From an uncultured Chloroflexia bacterium (GTDB taxonomy: Bacteria; Chloroflexota; Anaerolineae; CG2-30-64-16): DNA of 64,000 bases. Below the pieces are notes generated by a model, which did not search any database, was not told the origin of the DNA, and saw only the letters and a list, made by a program, of their open reading frames with translations. Both the position numbers and the translations under genes were made by a program. Where the stretch lies: contig CAWEMM010000007.1 of NCBI GenBank assembly GCA_963810095.1, positions 544,001-608,000 on the forward strand. Direction: 5' to 3'. Positions 31,583 through 40,581 of the stretch are shown here, one piece after another. Numbering within the stretch: the first letter of the stretch is position 1; each line of letters starts with the position of its first letter.

Positions 31583-31667
31583 GACCGGGCTCTCGGCGCG
31601 ACGCGGGAGCCCGGTCTTCATTTTGGTACCGTTAACAGAATCGAGGGCATCGACGTCGATGCCCTCG
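31583..31667. terminator. two hairpins between the convergent LysM and DPBB genes
   Basis: GACCGGGCTC...GAGCCCGGTC followed by TTCATTTT; perfect 26-bp palindrome at 31642-31667. Confidence 0.6.
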
Positions 31668-31682
31668 GCCTATTCACTTCCT

Positions 31683-32168
31683 CTACTGTGCCAGGTCAGG
31701 GGCCGGACGACTCGTCGGCCTCGTGATTGGCTTGCTCACATCCACCCGGTTGGGCGGGTCGAACAGCACCTTGACCCCCTCGAGCGGTCCCGCCATGTCC
31801 CACCGTTGGGCTAGTTCCCAGCTGATATCGGCCACCCAGCCGCGCTTCCGCAGGTTCTCACGGTGCTTGGCCTCGGCGCAGTCCACCACCATCAGTGGTC
31901 CGATGATCTCGCCGTCAGGGTGCTGCAGCCACACCTTCTTTCCGATGTACTTCGGCTCGAGCAGAGCCACAGCGTCCACGCACTCCGGGCATTCCGGAAC
32001 ATGACCCTTGTAGATCCGCCAGTTCCACACGCGCACCATCAGGCTGGCATGGCCTGATCGAGGTGGACCGTAGTGGGTGACTTCTCCGACTTGGGGTTGC
32101 GTAAGGGCTGGTGCTGGGGCGGTGAAGGTGAGGTGTGATAGTAGTACGATCTGCGCAATGAGCGTCAA
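31683..32168 (-). CDS. secreted RlpA-like/double-psi beta-barrel (DPBB) protein
   Basis: GGAGG then TTG; GEVTHYG, IGKKVWL, GPLMVVDC, VADISWELAQR. Confidence 0.6.
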   Translation of the reverse strand: MTLIAQIVLLSHLTFTAPAPALTQPQVGEVTHYGPPRSGHASLMVRVWNWRIYKGHVPECPECVDAVALLEPKYIGKKVWLQHPDGEIIGPLMVVDCAEAKHRENLRKRGWVADISWELAQRWDMAGPLEGVKVLFDPPNRVDVSKPITRPTSRPAPDLAQ

Positions 32169-32398
32169 ATCTTACTCGCCTCCCATAAATTGATCTCGCC
32201 CGGCTCATTCCGGGACGAGGAATCTAACATTAAGACGCTGATTACAGCAAAACGTTCCCAAGCACGCTGTGCTTGCCTATTCGATTGCTGTAAGGAGATC
32301 ATACCGCAAGGGGTGGGACAGTGGATGTAGGGACCCGTACACCCCCGCGCAGCCGTCGGGCGGGGCGGAGCGAGGCCGGTGGGCGTGCGGAGGGCGCG

Positions 32399-34234
32399 CT
32401 AAGCCGGCGGGTATGGCAGCGCGGGCTGGCGGCGGCCCACTTCGGCCACGCCCCGCTCCTCCCAGTCAACCCAATTAACCTGCTCGGCGTGCACGTACGC
32501 GTTGACGGCCTCGCCGACCGTCCTGAAGAAGAATGCATCGCCGAACTTGTCGAACAGGCCAAACCGCTTGAGCTTGTCTTTGACCGGGCCCTTCATGGCC
32601 GCGAAGCACACCCGCACCTGCGCCGCCTGCAGCTCTTCATGCAGCCGGTCCAGCATGTCCGCCGCAGTGATGTCCACGCTGGTGACCGGCTCGGCCGTGA
32701 CCACCAACCAACGCACGGGCGTGGGCGATTCGTCGACCGCGTCGAGCACGCTCGTGCGGAACTGCTCGGAGTTGGCGAAGAAGAGCGGCGCGTCCCAGCG
32801 GAACAGCACCAGCCCGGGCACCCGTCGCGCCTCGGGGTGGCGCGCAATGTCGTGGTACCCCTTCACGCCGTCGATCCTGCCCAGCACGGCATGGTGCGGC
32901 CGCCAGCCATCCCACAGAAACTCGATCACCGCGAGGACGATCGCGAAAATGATGCCGGGGACTGCGCCGAACAGCACGACGCCTGCGAAGCAGCCGAGGG
33001 AGAGCCAGAACTCCCAGCGCTGCATGCGGTAGAGCCGTCCGAGGTCGCGCACCTCGAACAGCCCGATCGCCGCGGCAATCACCACCGCGGCCAGGGCCGC
33101 GTTTGGCATGTTCTGAAGTAGGTTGGGCGCGGCGATGAGCAGCAGCGCGACGCAAACCCCGCCCGCGACCCCTGCGACCTGTGTCCGCGCGCCCGCGTTC
33201 TCTGCGACAGGCGTGCGGGACGCGGCGCTGTTAACGGGGAAACCTTGAAACAAGCCCGCGGCGAGGTTGGCCATGCCCAGGCCCGCCATCTCACGATTCG
33301 GGTCGACGTAGGCGCCGTCCTTGGCCGCGTAAGCGCGCGAGAGCACGCTGGTCTGAGCGACTGAGACGGCCGCAATCGCGACCGCAGCAGTCGCAAGGGG
33401 CGCCAGGTCTTGCGGACGCACCAGCGGCACGGCTGGAGCGGGCAGCCCTTGGGGCAGTGGCCCGACAACGGCAACGCCGGCACGCTCCGCCAGGTGCAGG
33501 AGGCCGTTACAACGGTGGCCCCTACCACCGCGATCAACACGCCGGGCACTTGCCGCCAGCGCTTGAGCAGCAGCACCACTGCGAGCGTGGCCACGCCGAT
33601 GCCCACCGCTACCCAGTTCGTCTGACCCTTCGCCACACCCTCGCCCAGCGCCGACGCGCGGGAGGGCAGGTTGTCGCCACCGGCCGAGAAGCCGAACACC
33701 CGCGGCAGTTGACTGACGAGCACCATCGAGCGCGATGCCGTTCATGTAGCCGTAGCGGATGGGTTTCGAGAGCAGCTCGGTGACGAAGCCGAGACGTGCA
33801 ACGCCGACGAAGACGCAAATAAGGCCCGAGAAGATGGCCAGGGCCGCGGCGAGGGTCATCGCCCGGCCCACATCGCCGGCCGCCAATGGGATGATCGCGG
33901 TGGCGATCATCGGCGTCAGAGCGGCGTCGGGCCCGAAGATCAAGATGCGGCTGGGCCCGAAGACGGCGTATGCCAGCAGAGGAAAGATTGAGGCGTAGAG
34001 GCCGATGCTCGGCGGCAGGCCGCACGCCTGCGCATAAGCCATGCCCGCGGGGATCAGAACGGCAGTGAGCACGAGGCCCGCGACCAGATCACGGGCCAGC
34101 CAGCCGGCGCGGTAATGCCGGATCATATGGAAGCCCGGCACCCAGGCGAGCGCACCTTGTTGGTCGCGGTCAGGCTTCGGCCGCACGATGCGGCCGGGCT
34201 CGGGGCGGCTGCCGGCTTCGCTGCTTGTCGTCAT
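32399..34234 (-). CDS. SulP family anion transporter with STAS domain; compensating frameshifts near 33725 and 33500
   Basis: DLVAGL...IPAGMAYA, FPVNSAASRT, APLFFAN, VDITAADML; middle portion in ORF 33079-33726. Confidence 0.9.
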   Translation of the reverse strand: MTTSSEAGSRPEPGRIVRPKPDRDQQGALAWVPGFHMIRHYRAGWLARDLVAGLVLTAVLIPAGMAYAQACGLPPSIGLYASIFPLLAYAVFGPSRILIFGPDAALTPMIATAIIPLAAGDVGRAMTLAAALAIFSGLICVFVGVARLGFVTELLSKPIRYGYMNGIALDGARQSTAAGVRLLGRWRQPALPRVGAGRGCGEGSDELGSGGHRRGHARSGAAAQALAASARRVDRGGRGHRCNGLLHLAERAGVAVVGPLPQGLPAPAVPLVRPQDLAPLATAAVAIAAVSVAQTSVLSRAYAAKDGAYVDPNREMAGLGMANLAAGLFQGFPVNSAASRTPVAENAGARTQVAGVAGGVCVALLLIAAPNLLQNMPNAALAAVVIAAAIGLFEVRDLGRLYRMQRWEFWLSLGCFAGVVLFGAVPGIIFAIVLAVIEFLWDGWRPHHAVLGRIDGVKGYHDIARHPEARRVPGLVLFRWDAPLFFANSEQFRTSVLDAVDESPTPVRWLVVTAEPVTSVDITAADMLDRLHEELQAAQVRVCFAAMKGPVKDKLKRFGLFDKFGDAFFFRTVGEAVNAYVHAEQVNWVDWEERGVAEVGRRQPALPYPPA

Positions 34235-34353
34235 CCTGCTGGGCCTCCGGACAAACGACGTTCGGGAGAGTCCCTACGTTAGCACTGCCGCGCCGCGCTG
34301 TCAATCGCCGGGAGACCGGAGGCCGCGTTTCAAACTGCAGGCAAGGTCAGCGG

Positions 34354-34480
34354 AGCATCCTGAGCGGAGCCGAGTGAAACGTAGCGGAATCGAAGGATGC
34401 GGAGCGGCTTCGCGCTGAGAAGGCCGCATCCTTCGACGCCGTTTCCCCAAAACCGCAAGCGGAACTCCGGTCAGGATGCT
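34354..34480. repeat. REP-like composite palindromic element
   Basis: Outer AGCATCCTGA...TCAGGATGCT and inner TCGAAGGATGCGG...CCGCATCCTTCGA inverted repeats. Confidence 0.7.
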
Positions 34481-34575
34481 TTCGCCCCCAAACGAGACAC
34501 ACCCGCGACCAGGTCAAAGCCTGCGAAGAGCGCGGTGGGGCCTAAGCGCGCTCTTCCGAGCGGACACCGTTTCGC

Positions 34576-35484
34576 TTATGGGAGCTCCACCGCAATCGCG
34601 GCCAGCTCGAACCCCCAGCGCCACAGGATCGGGTTACCCTGCTTCGGGAAAATGGTGATTTCGGCCGTGTAGGACGTGTCGAAATCGGGCCGGGGCGCGC
34701 CGCGCGCCAACTGGGTGTCGGGCCACTTATAGCCCATCCGCGAGAAACGGAGCACATTGCACTGCCCGTTCTCGTCAGAGAAGAGGCAGTAGGGCGCGTT
34801 CCGCTCGATCGTGTCGTAGGCGACGACCTCGTCCCCGTTGTCGTCCACGTACTTGATCTTGAACTCGACCTGCTGGATGCCCGCGCCGATTGCTTGCCCC
34901 GCCCGCCGGTCCAGCGGCTCGACGCCAAAGCCGAGTCCGTCGCCGAACCGGATCTGCCCGTTCGCATCCAGCACGTCCTCGATCAGCTTCTGGTCGGCCC
35001 GGGGAATGATGATGTACTGGCCGTTGTTGACGTTGGCCGGGCCCCGGACCACCGGGTTGTTGCTTAGGTCACCCCCATTGACACGCGTGCGTGAGACCCG
35101 CTCGTCGGTCGTCTGGGGCACAGGCGGGATCTGGCCGGGCGTCAGCGTGCTCGCGGCCGGCTGGCAGGCAACAGTCTGCGCGTCGGCGGGCAGGAAGCCT
35201 AGCGAACGCCCCGGTGTCTGCTGCACCTCGACCCAACTCCCGCCCGGCACACCGATCTTGACAAAGGTAATCCCCTGCAACACGGTGCCCTGGATGAACT
35301 TGCCGACCGCCGGATACGCGGTCCCCGGGCCGATGCGCAAAAAGACATCCGCCGCCAGCACTCGACAGGATGCCACGCCGCCCGCCTCGGACGGTGCAGC
35401 GCCGGCAGCGCCCGCACCGGCAACTAGCAACATCGCCGCCAGGGCGATCGTGATGACCCGCAAAGCCGCAAACGGTCTGTACAT
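34576..35484 (-). CDS. secreted SH3b-domain protein
   Basis: Signal peptide; VFLRIGPGTAYPAVG...SWVEV...GFL; C-terminal IERNAPYCLF beta domain. Confidence 0.7.
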   Translation of the reverse strand: MYRPFAALRVITIALAAMLLVAGAGAAGAAPSEAGGVASCRVLAADVFLRIGPGTAYPAVGKFIQGTVLQGITFVKIGVPGGSWVEVQQTPGRSLGFLPADAQTVACQPAASTLTPGQIPPVPQTTDERVSRTRVNGGDLSNNPVVRGPANVNNGQYIIIPRADQKLIEDVLDANGQIRFGDGLGFGVEPLDRRAGQAIGAGIQQVEFKIKYVDDNGDEVVAYDTIERNAPYCLFSDENGQCNVLRFSRMGYKWPDTQLARGAPRPDFDTSYTAEITIFPKQGNPILWRWGFELAAIAVELP

Positions 35485-35494
35485 TCTCTGCCTC

Positions 35495-38020
35495 CTAACC
35501 CAACCTTGCCAACTCCTGCTCGACCTGATCGATTGCAGGCGTGCAGCCTCCGTCTATGATATCGACCCGCAGCGTCTCGTCGTCCGGCGTCTTGGCCAAT
35601 GGCAGCTTACACGCTTCGAACTCGGTCCGCGCTTGCTCGAAGAGCTGCCGCGCCCGCTCGAGGTTGCCTGCGCCCGCGGCCAGCCGGCCGCCGCAGAGCC
35701 GGGCGGCGCCCGCAATCGCATGATACTGGGCGACCATGCGCCACAGATTCCCGCGCTGCAGCGTATCCAGGATGGATGGATCCAGGGCGCGGTCGGCCTG
35801 GTCGAGTACCCTCTGTGCGTCCGCGCTCGTCTGCTCCAAGGGGCTCTGGCCGTACAGGTAGCACAGCGTTTCGGCATGTGCGACCAGCGCGTCGCCCTGT
35901 CCGAGCCGCGCGATCGGCAGCTGCGGGCTGGCAGTAGCGCCCTGTGCGGCGGCATCGTCCGAAGCCTTCGCCGCCTGCGTAACGGCCAGTTCGTACTGGT
36001 TCTCCGCCTGCTCCTGCAGCCCGCCCGGCTCCAGGCTCGTCAAGGGATCGGCCGCGATCGCGAGATCGAGCAGCGCGCCTGCCAGCACGATCCGCGCGCG
36101 CACGTTGTTCTGATCGATCTGCAGCGCCCGGTTCGCGTCGTCCGCCGCGGCCTGGCTCTGGTGCAGAAACAGCTTCTCGCGCGCCAGGAAGTAGTACACG
36201 TCGTCGATCCCCGAGCCGGCCGGCGCGCGCTGTACCGCCCCGTCCTGAGACACCGGTTGTGACGGCGCTGCGGCAGTGGCCAGGCCCAGCTTTGCCTCCA
36301 GCGCCTGGAGCACGGTGAGCGCTCGGGCGTGGTCGCCGATCGCGTCGTACTGCAGCGCGAGGACGATGGTGTTCATAATCTCCATCCGCCGGGTCACTTC
36401 GCGGCGGACGGCTTCCCGGCCCGCCGAGTCCTGCGCCAGGTCGCCGACGAACGCGATGGGTTGGCCCAGCGTGTAGTAGCCAATGGCCTCGCCCGCGGTC
36501 GCCGCCAGGCGGGGGAACACGAAGAACTCGGGGGCGAGCTCAAACTTGTCTTGAGACTGGCCCGGCTCCCGCGTGATGCGGGCCGAGATGACGACGTTCG
36601 CCTGGATGCGGTCGGCCAGCACGCGCGCTTCGGCCTCCCGTTCCCCGTCCGTCGACTTCTGCAGTACGGGCAGCGGGTCGCGCTTCTGCGAGCGCGGCAG
36701 CCCGTTATACCAGACGCCCACCCGCTCGGTCGACGTGACCGGGTCGCCCCGCGCGCCAAGCTGCGCCACCATCCACGATCGAACGAGCGCTGCGTTGGGA
36801 GCGGCCGCAAACTTGCCGTCGTTGCCCTGCAGCCCGGGGTCGAGCACCGCGACGTTGAGCGTGTTCGTGCTGTCCATCTGCGTCGGGCCGGCCCGCCACC
36901 AGATGAAGAAACCGAGGAGCGCAACCGCGACGACCGCGGCCGCAGCCCCGAGCGCAAGCCTGATCCGTTTCTGCCGGATCGCCGGGTCGGGCCGCCACAG
37001 GTGGCCGTCGGCCGCCCGCATGTACAGCACGGCCGTGGCCCACTCGCTGGGGAAGCCGCCCGAGTACAGCGTCTTGCGCGCCTCGGCCATGGCCTCGTCG
37101 ACGGCCGCACCCGCCGCCAGTGCCGTGTAGAAGCTGCGAGCCAGCGCCTCGGCAGCGGCGGCAGAAATGGCCGAGCGCATCGCGATAACCGCCGGCACGC
37201 CCCCGCGCACCAGCCGCTGCGCGACGCCGGAGTACGGGTCCTGCACACCGCTGACCGCGCCCCGGCACGCGCTGATGACTGCGAGGCGCAGCGACCGCTG
37301 ATCGCGCAGCAAGGTGGTGAACGTTTCGCCGCTGACTGCGTCGCCCTTGCCGTCGGCCGCGGTCAGCAGCAGCACGCTGTCCTGATCGTCCTCAGAGTAG
37401 TCCCCGTGGCCGAGGAAGTGCAGGATGTGGTACTCCTGCTTGAGCAACTGCCGCTGCAGGTTGTCGACCGTGGGCGGGTCCAGCCGGTCTACCGTGACGA
37501 CCCCGCGGCCCTCCAGGTCGGCCATGCCCTGCTTGAGGTTCGTCCATTCCTGGTCTGCGTCGAGTGGTGGATAGTCTGACGGGCTGGAGAAAACCGCCAG
37601 CACCCGCAGCCGGATTTCCGGCGTCCCGGGCTCGGCAGGCTCGGGCAGGTCGAGGTAGCGCACAAGGGGTGTCTCGCGCGAGAGCCCGAGGAAGGTCGCC
37701 CGCTGCCCGTCGTACATCAACTCCCACGGCAAGCCGGCGAGTTCGGGCGTCTCCGAGAGCCGCAGGCGGATGCGCAGCCCCCGGTCCGAGCGCTGTGCGC
37801 TGTCGAGGCTGCGGCGCAGGCAGCCAAGCACGTCGCCGCTGAACACCGCGTCAAACAGCGCGCCGCCCATCACTTGCGGCGCAGCGTCGGCCGGCAGGTG
37901 GTCGACCGGCCCCAGCTGCGCACGCGCCTCTCCCGCAGGCGAGCTCAGGACGTGCGCGCGGTAGCCGCCGTCGGCTTTCTCGATCTCCAGGTCGAAGTTG
38001 AGATACACCAGCTCGGGCAT
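35495..38020 (-). CDS. CHAT (caspase-like) protease domain, TM helix and TPR-like C-terminal region
   Basis: LPWELM, HILHFLGHG and LAVISACRG (His/Cys dyad), GVPAVIAM; TM LALGAAAAVVAVALLGFFIWW; ALQIDQNN TPR. Confidence 0.85.
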   Translation of the reverse strand: MPELVYLNFDLEIEKADGGYRAHVLSSPAGEARAQLGPVDHLPADAAPQVMGGALFDAVFSGDVLGCLRRSLDSAQRSDRGLRIRLRLSETPELAGLPWELMYDGQRATFLGLSRETPLVRYLDLPEPAEPGTPEIRLRVLAVFSSPSDYPPLDADQEWTNLKQGMADLEGRGVVTVDRLDPPTVDNLQRQLLKQEYHILHFLGHGDYSEDDQDSVLLLTAADGKGDAVSGETFTTLLRDQRSLRLAVISACRGAVSGVQDPYSGVAQRLVRGGVPAVIAMRSAISAAAAEALARSFYTALAAGAAVDEAMAEARKTLYSGGFPSEWATAVLYMRAADGHLWRPDPAIRQKRIRLALGAAAAVVAVALLGFFIWWRAGPTQMDSTNTLNVAVLDPGLQGNDGKFAAAPNAALVRSWMVAQLGARGDPVTSTERVGVWYNGLPRSQKRDPLPVLQKSTDGEREAEARVLADRIQANVVISARITREPGQSQDKFELAPEFFVFPRLAATAGEAIGYYTLGQPIAFVGDLAQDSAGREAVRREVTRRMEIMNTIVLALQYDAIGDHARALTVLQALEAKLGLATAAAPSQPVSQDGAVQRAPAGSGIDDVYYFLAREKLFLHQSQAAADDANRALQIDQNNVRARIVLAGALLDLAIAADPLTSLEPGGLQEQAENQYELAVTQAAKASDDAAAQGATASPQLPIARLGQGDALVAHAETLCYLYGQSPLEQTSADAQRVLDQADRALDPSILDTLQRGNLWRMVAQYHAIAGAARLCGGRLAAGAGNLERARQLFEQARTEFEACKLPLAKTPDDETLRVDIIDGGCTPAIDQVEQELARLG

Positions 38021-38098
38021 GCGTGACTGACTCCCCGGCAACAACAAAGCCCAGGAGCGATCCTGGCCTGGGCCGCATTCCTGGGTGCAACTTGTACG

Positions 38099-38127
38099 AT
38101 ACTAGCACGCTTATTGGTCTGTGTCAA
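38099..38127 (-). promoter_or_regulatory. sigma70 promoter of the CHAT-SH3 operon
   Basis: Minus strand TTGACA-N17-TAGTAT with extended TG. Confidence 0.65.
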
Positions 38128-38282
38128 CGGCCTGGAAAAGGGGGGTGGCGCGTTCCAGTCTGGGGCAGAATGAGCATCCAGAGCAACGCCGGCTGCACAG
38201 GCGCACGCCGAGGATGGAGCTCTCCAATTACGTGGGGGAAGTGAGAGGGACCCCGGGCCGCGGTGTCGACCCGCCCCGTGCT

Positions 38283-40282
38283 TCAGTCGTGGGGCAGGAC
38301 CACCCGCACGAGCGTGCCTTCGCCCGCCCGGCTTTCGATCTCCCAGCTACCCCCGATCTTGGCGGCGCGCTCGCGCATGGAGTGCAGGCCCATGTGGCCG
38401 GGATAGGGCGTAGTGGCGTCAAAGCCGGACCCGTCGTCCCTCACTTCGAGCCTTACCCCGGCATCCACGCATGCCAGCGACACGGTGATCCGGCTGGCTT
38501 GCGCGTGCCTGGCCGCGTTGTTGGTCGCCTCCTGCGCGATGCGGTAGAGGGCCTCTTTCGTCTCCACGGACAAATCAGGCTCAGCCGGCACCTCCAAGTC
38601 GACCTCGAGGGCGTAGCGGGCGCGCAGAAGGTCGGCATGCCGGCCGAGCGCGTGCACCAGGCCGCCCGTCACGAGCAGGTCGGGCCGGAGCTCGAAGATC
38701 AGCGCACGCATCTCGGCCAGCCCCGTTGCCGCAATCGAGCGCAGGTTGTCGAGCCGGGAAGCGAGCCATTCCGGATCCGCGTCAAGCCGGTGCTGCATGC
38801 CGTGGACGGCCAGCAAGATGCCGTACAGCGCCTGCGAAACCGAGTCGTGCAGCTCGCGGGCCAGGCGTTCCCGCTCTGCGAGCGCGGCTGCCCGTTGGGC
38901 TGCCTCGTACAGCTGGGCGTTGGCAATGGCGATGGCCACCTGGTACGCCAGCGTCAGGGCGTGCTCGCTTTCGTCGCGCGTGAAATGTCCCGGCTCGCGG
39001 TGGTCCAGGCGCAGCAGTCCGATCAACTTCCCCTTCGTGATGAGAGGCAGACCCAGCCAGGCCCTCGCATAACTCATCTGCGGTGCGACAGCCTCGTCCC
39101 ACACGGGCCAGCCCGACCCCGACGCGGCAGCGTCTGCCCAGACGTCCTGCACCAGGACCGGGGCTCGGGTCTCGACGACCCTCCGCCAGCCGCTGTCGCG
39201 CCCCAGCCCGATGCGGGCCCCGACGACCTTGTCGCGGTCGGCCGGGCCGGCATAGTCCAGGACGACGAGTTCCTGGTCATCCAGGATCGCAATGGCGGCG
39301 CCCGTGTAGTCGATGGCCGACCGCAGCTCGACCAGGATGTGAGCCAGCAATGTGCGCAGATCGAGCTCCGAAGCGACATCCCGGCTGATCTCGAGCACCG
39401 TCGCCAACTGGCGGGTGCGCTCGGCCACCCGCGCCTCGAGCTGCTCGTTCGCCTCGACCAGGGCTTCCTCCGCCCGCTTACGGTCCGAGATATCGCGGAA
39501 GGAGAGGCTGGTGCGTTGGCTGCCGTCGCGATCGGTAAAGATGGCGGACGAGACCTCGGCGGGGAAGTGCGAGCCGTCGGCCCGGACCAACGTCAACTCC
39601 CCCGCGCTTTCCCGGTGGTCGCGCGCTCCTCAAGAATCGGCGCCAGCCGTGGATCGGACAGGTCGACCACGCCCGCCCGGCCCACCGCACAAATCTCCTG
39701 CTCCGTCCTGCCAAGCAACAGGCATGCAGCGGGATTCGCTGCTAAAATCGCGCCGTCGGGGTCGGTCAGGACGATCGCGTCGATGCTGTGCTCGAAGAGC
39801 GAACGGAAACGGTTCTCGCTCTCTCGCAGCGCTGCTTCGGCGCCGCGGCTCTCGGTGATATCTGCGAAGGACGCCACGACGCTGTACGGGCAGGCTTCGC
39901 CGGGCCGGAACAGCGGCTGCGTGTTCACCAGGACCCAGACGCGTGATCCATCGGCGTGTCGCACGCCCATTACGACGTCGTGCAGCGGCTCGCCCGTGCG
40001 CAGGGTGATCGGGATGGGATGGTCCTCTCCCCGTATGGGCGCGCCATCTGCGTCGGTGGCCTGCCAGCGTGGGTCGAACGAGGTGAGGCCCATCATCTGG
40101 TCCCGAGTCAGTCCAAGAATGCGCTCGGCGCTGGCATTGCAAGCGGTGATGCGCCCTTGGGCATCCTGCATGACGATGCCTTCTGACATCGCAGTGACGA
40201 TCGACCGGTAACGTTCTTCGCTTTCGATCAGCGCTTCTGCGACGCGCTCCACCTCGGAGGGGGTGCGGGATTTCGAGTGCAC
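38283..40282 (-). CDS. cytoplasmic PAS-PAS-GAF histidine kinase (HisKA_3/NarX type); frameshift near 39600
   Basis: PAS domains in ORF 39593-40324; ERERLARELHDSVSQ, EATNNAARH, DDGSGF, GLHSMRERA in ORF 38283-39596; start codon uncertain. Confidence 0.85.
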
Positions 40283-40581
40283 ACACAACTCCACAGCACA
40301 GATTCGCCTTCGCATTATAGCCATTCGCGGTCAGGCTGTCCACGCGGAATCTCCCCCTCTGAGCAATTCCAAATGGTCACGCTGCAAAGCGTCCTTCGGC
40401 TGTGGCTTGCCATGAACCCCGCCGTGTGCTAGGATGCCCCGTGCTTCGGGGGCGCGAAACCTGCACGTTTCGCCCCTCGGGCAGTTGAACCAGCCTCGTG
40501 AGCAGTGGCTGCGGTCTTCGAACCGAATCTCGCCTTGCGTAGTCATTTGTCGCGTGCAGTGTCTATATCGGACGGAAACCG

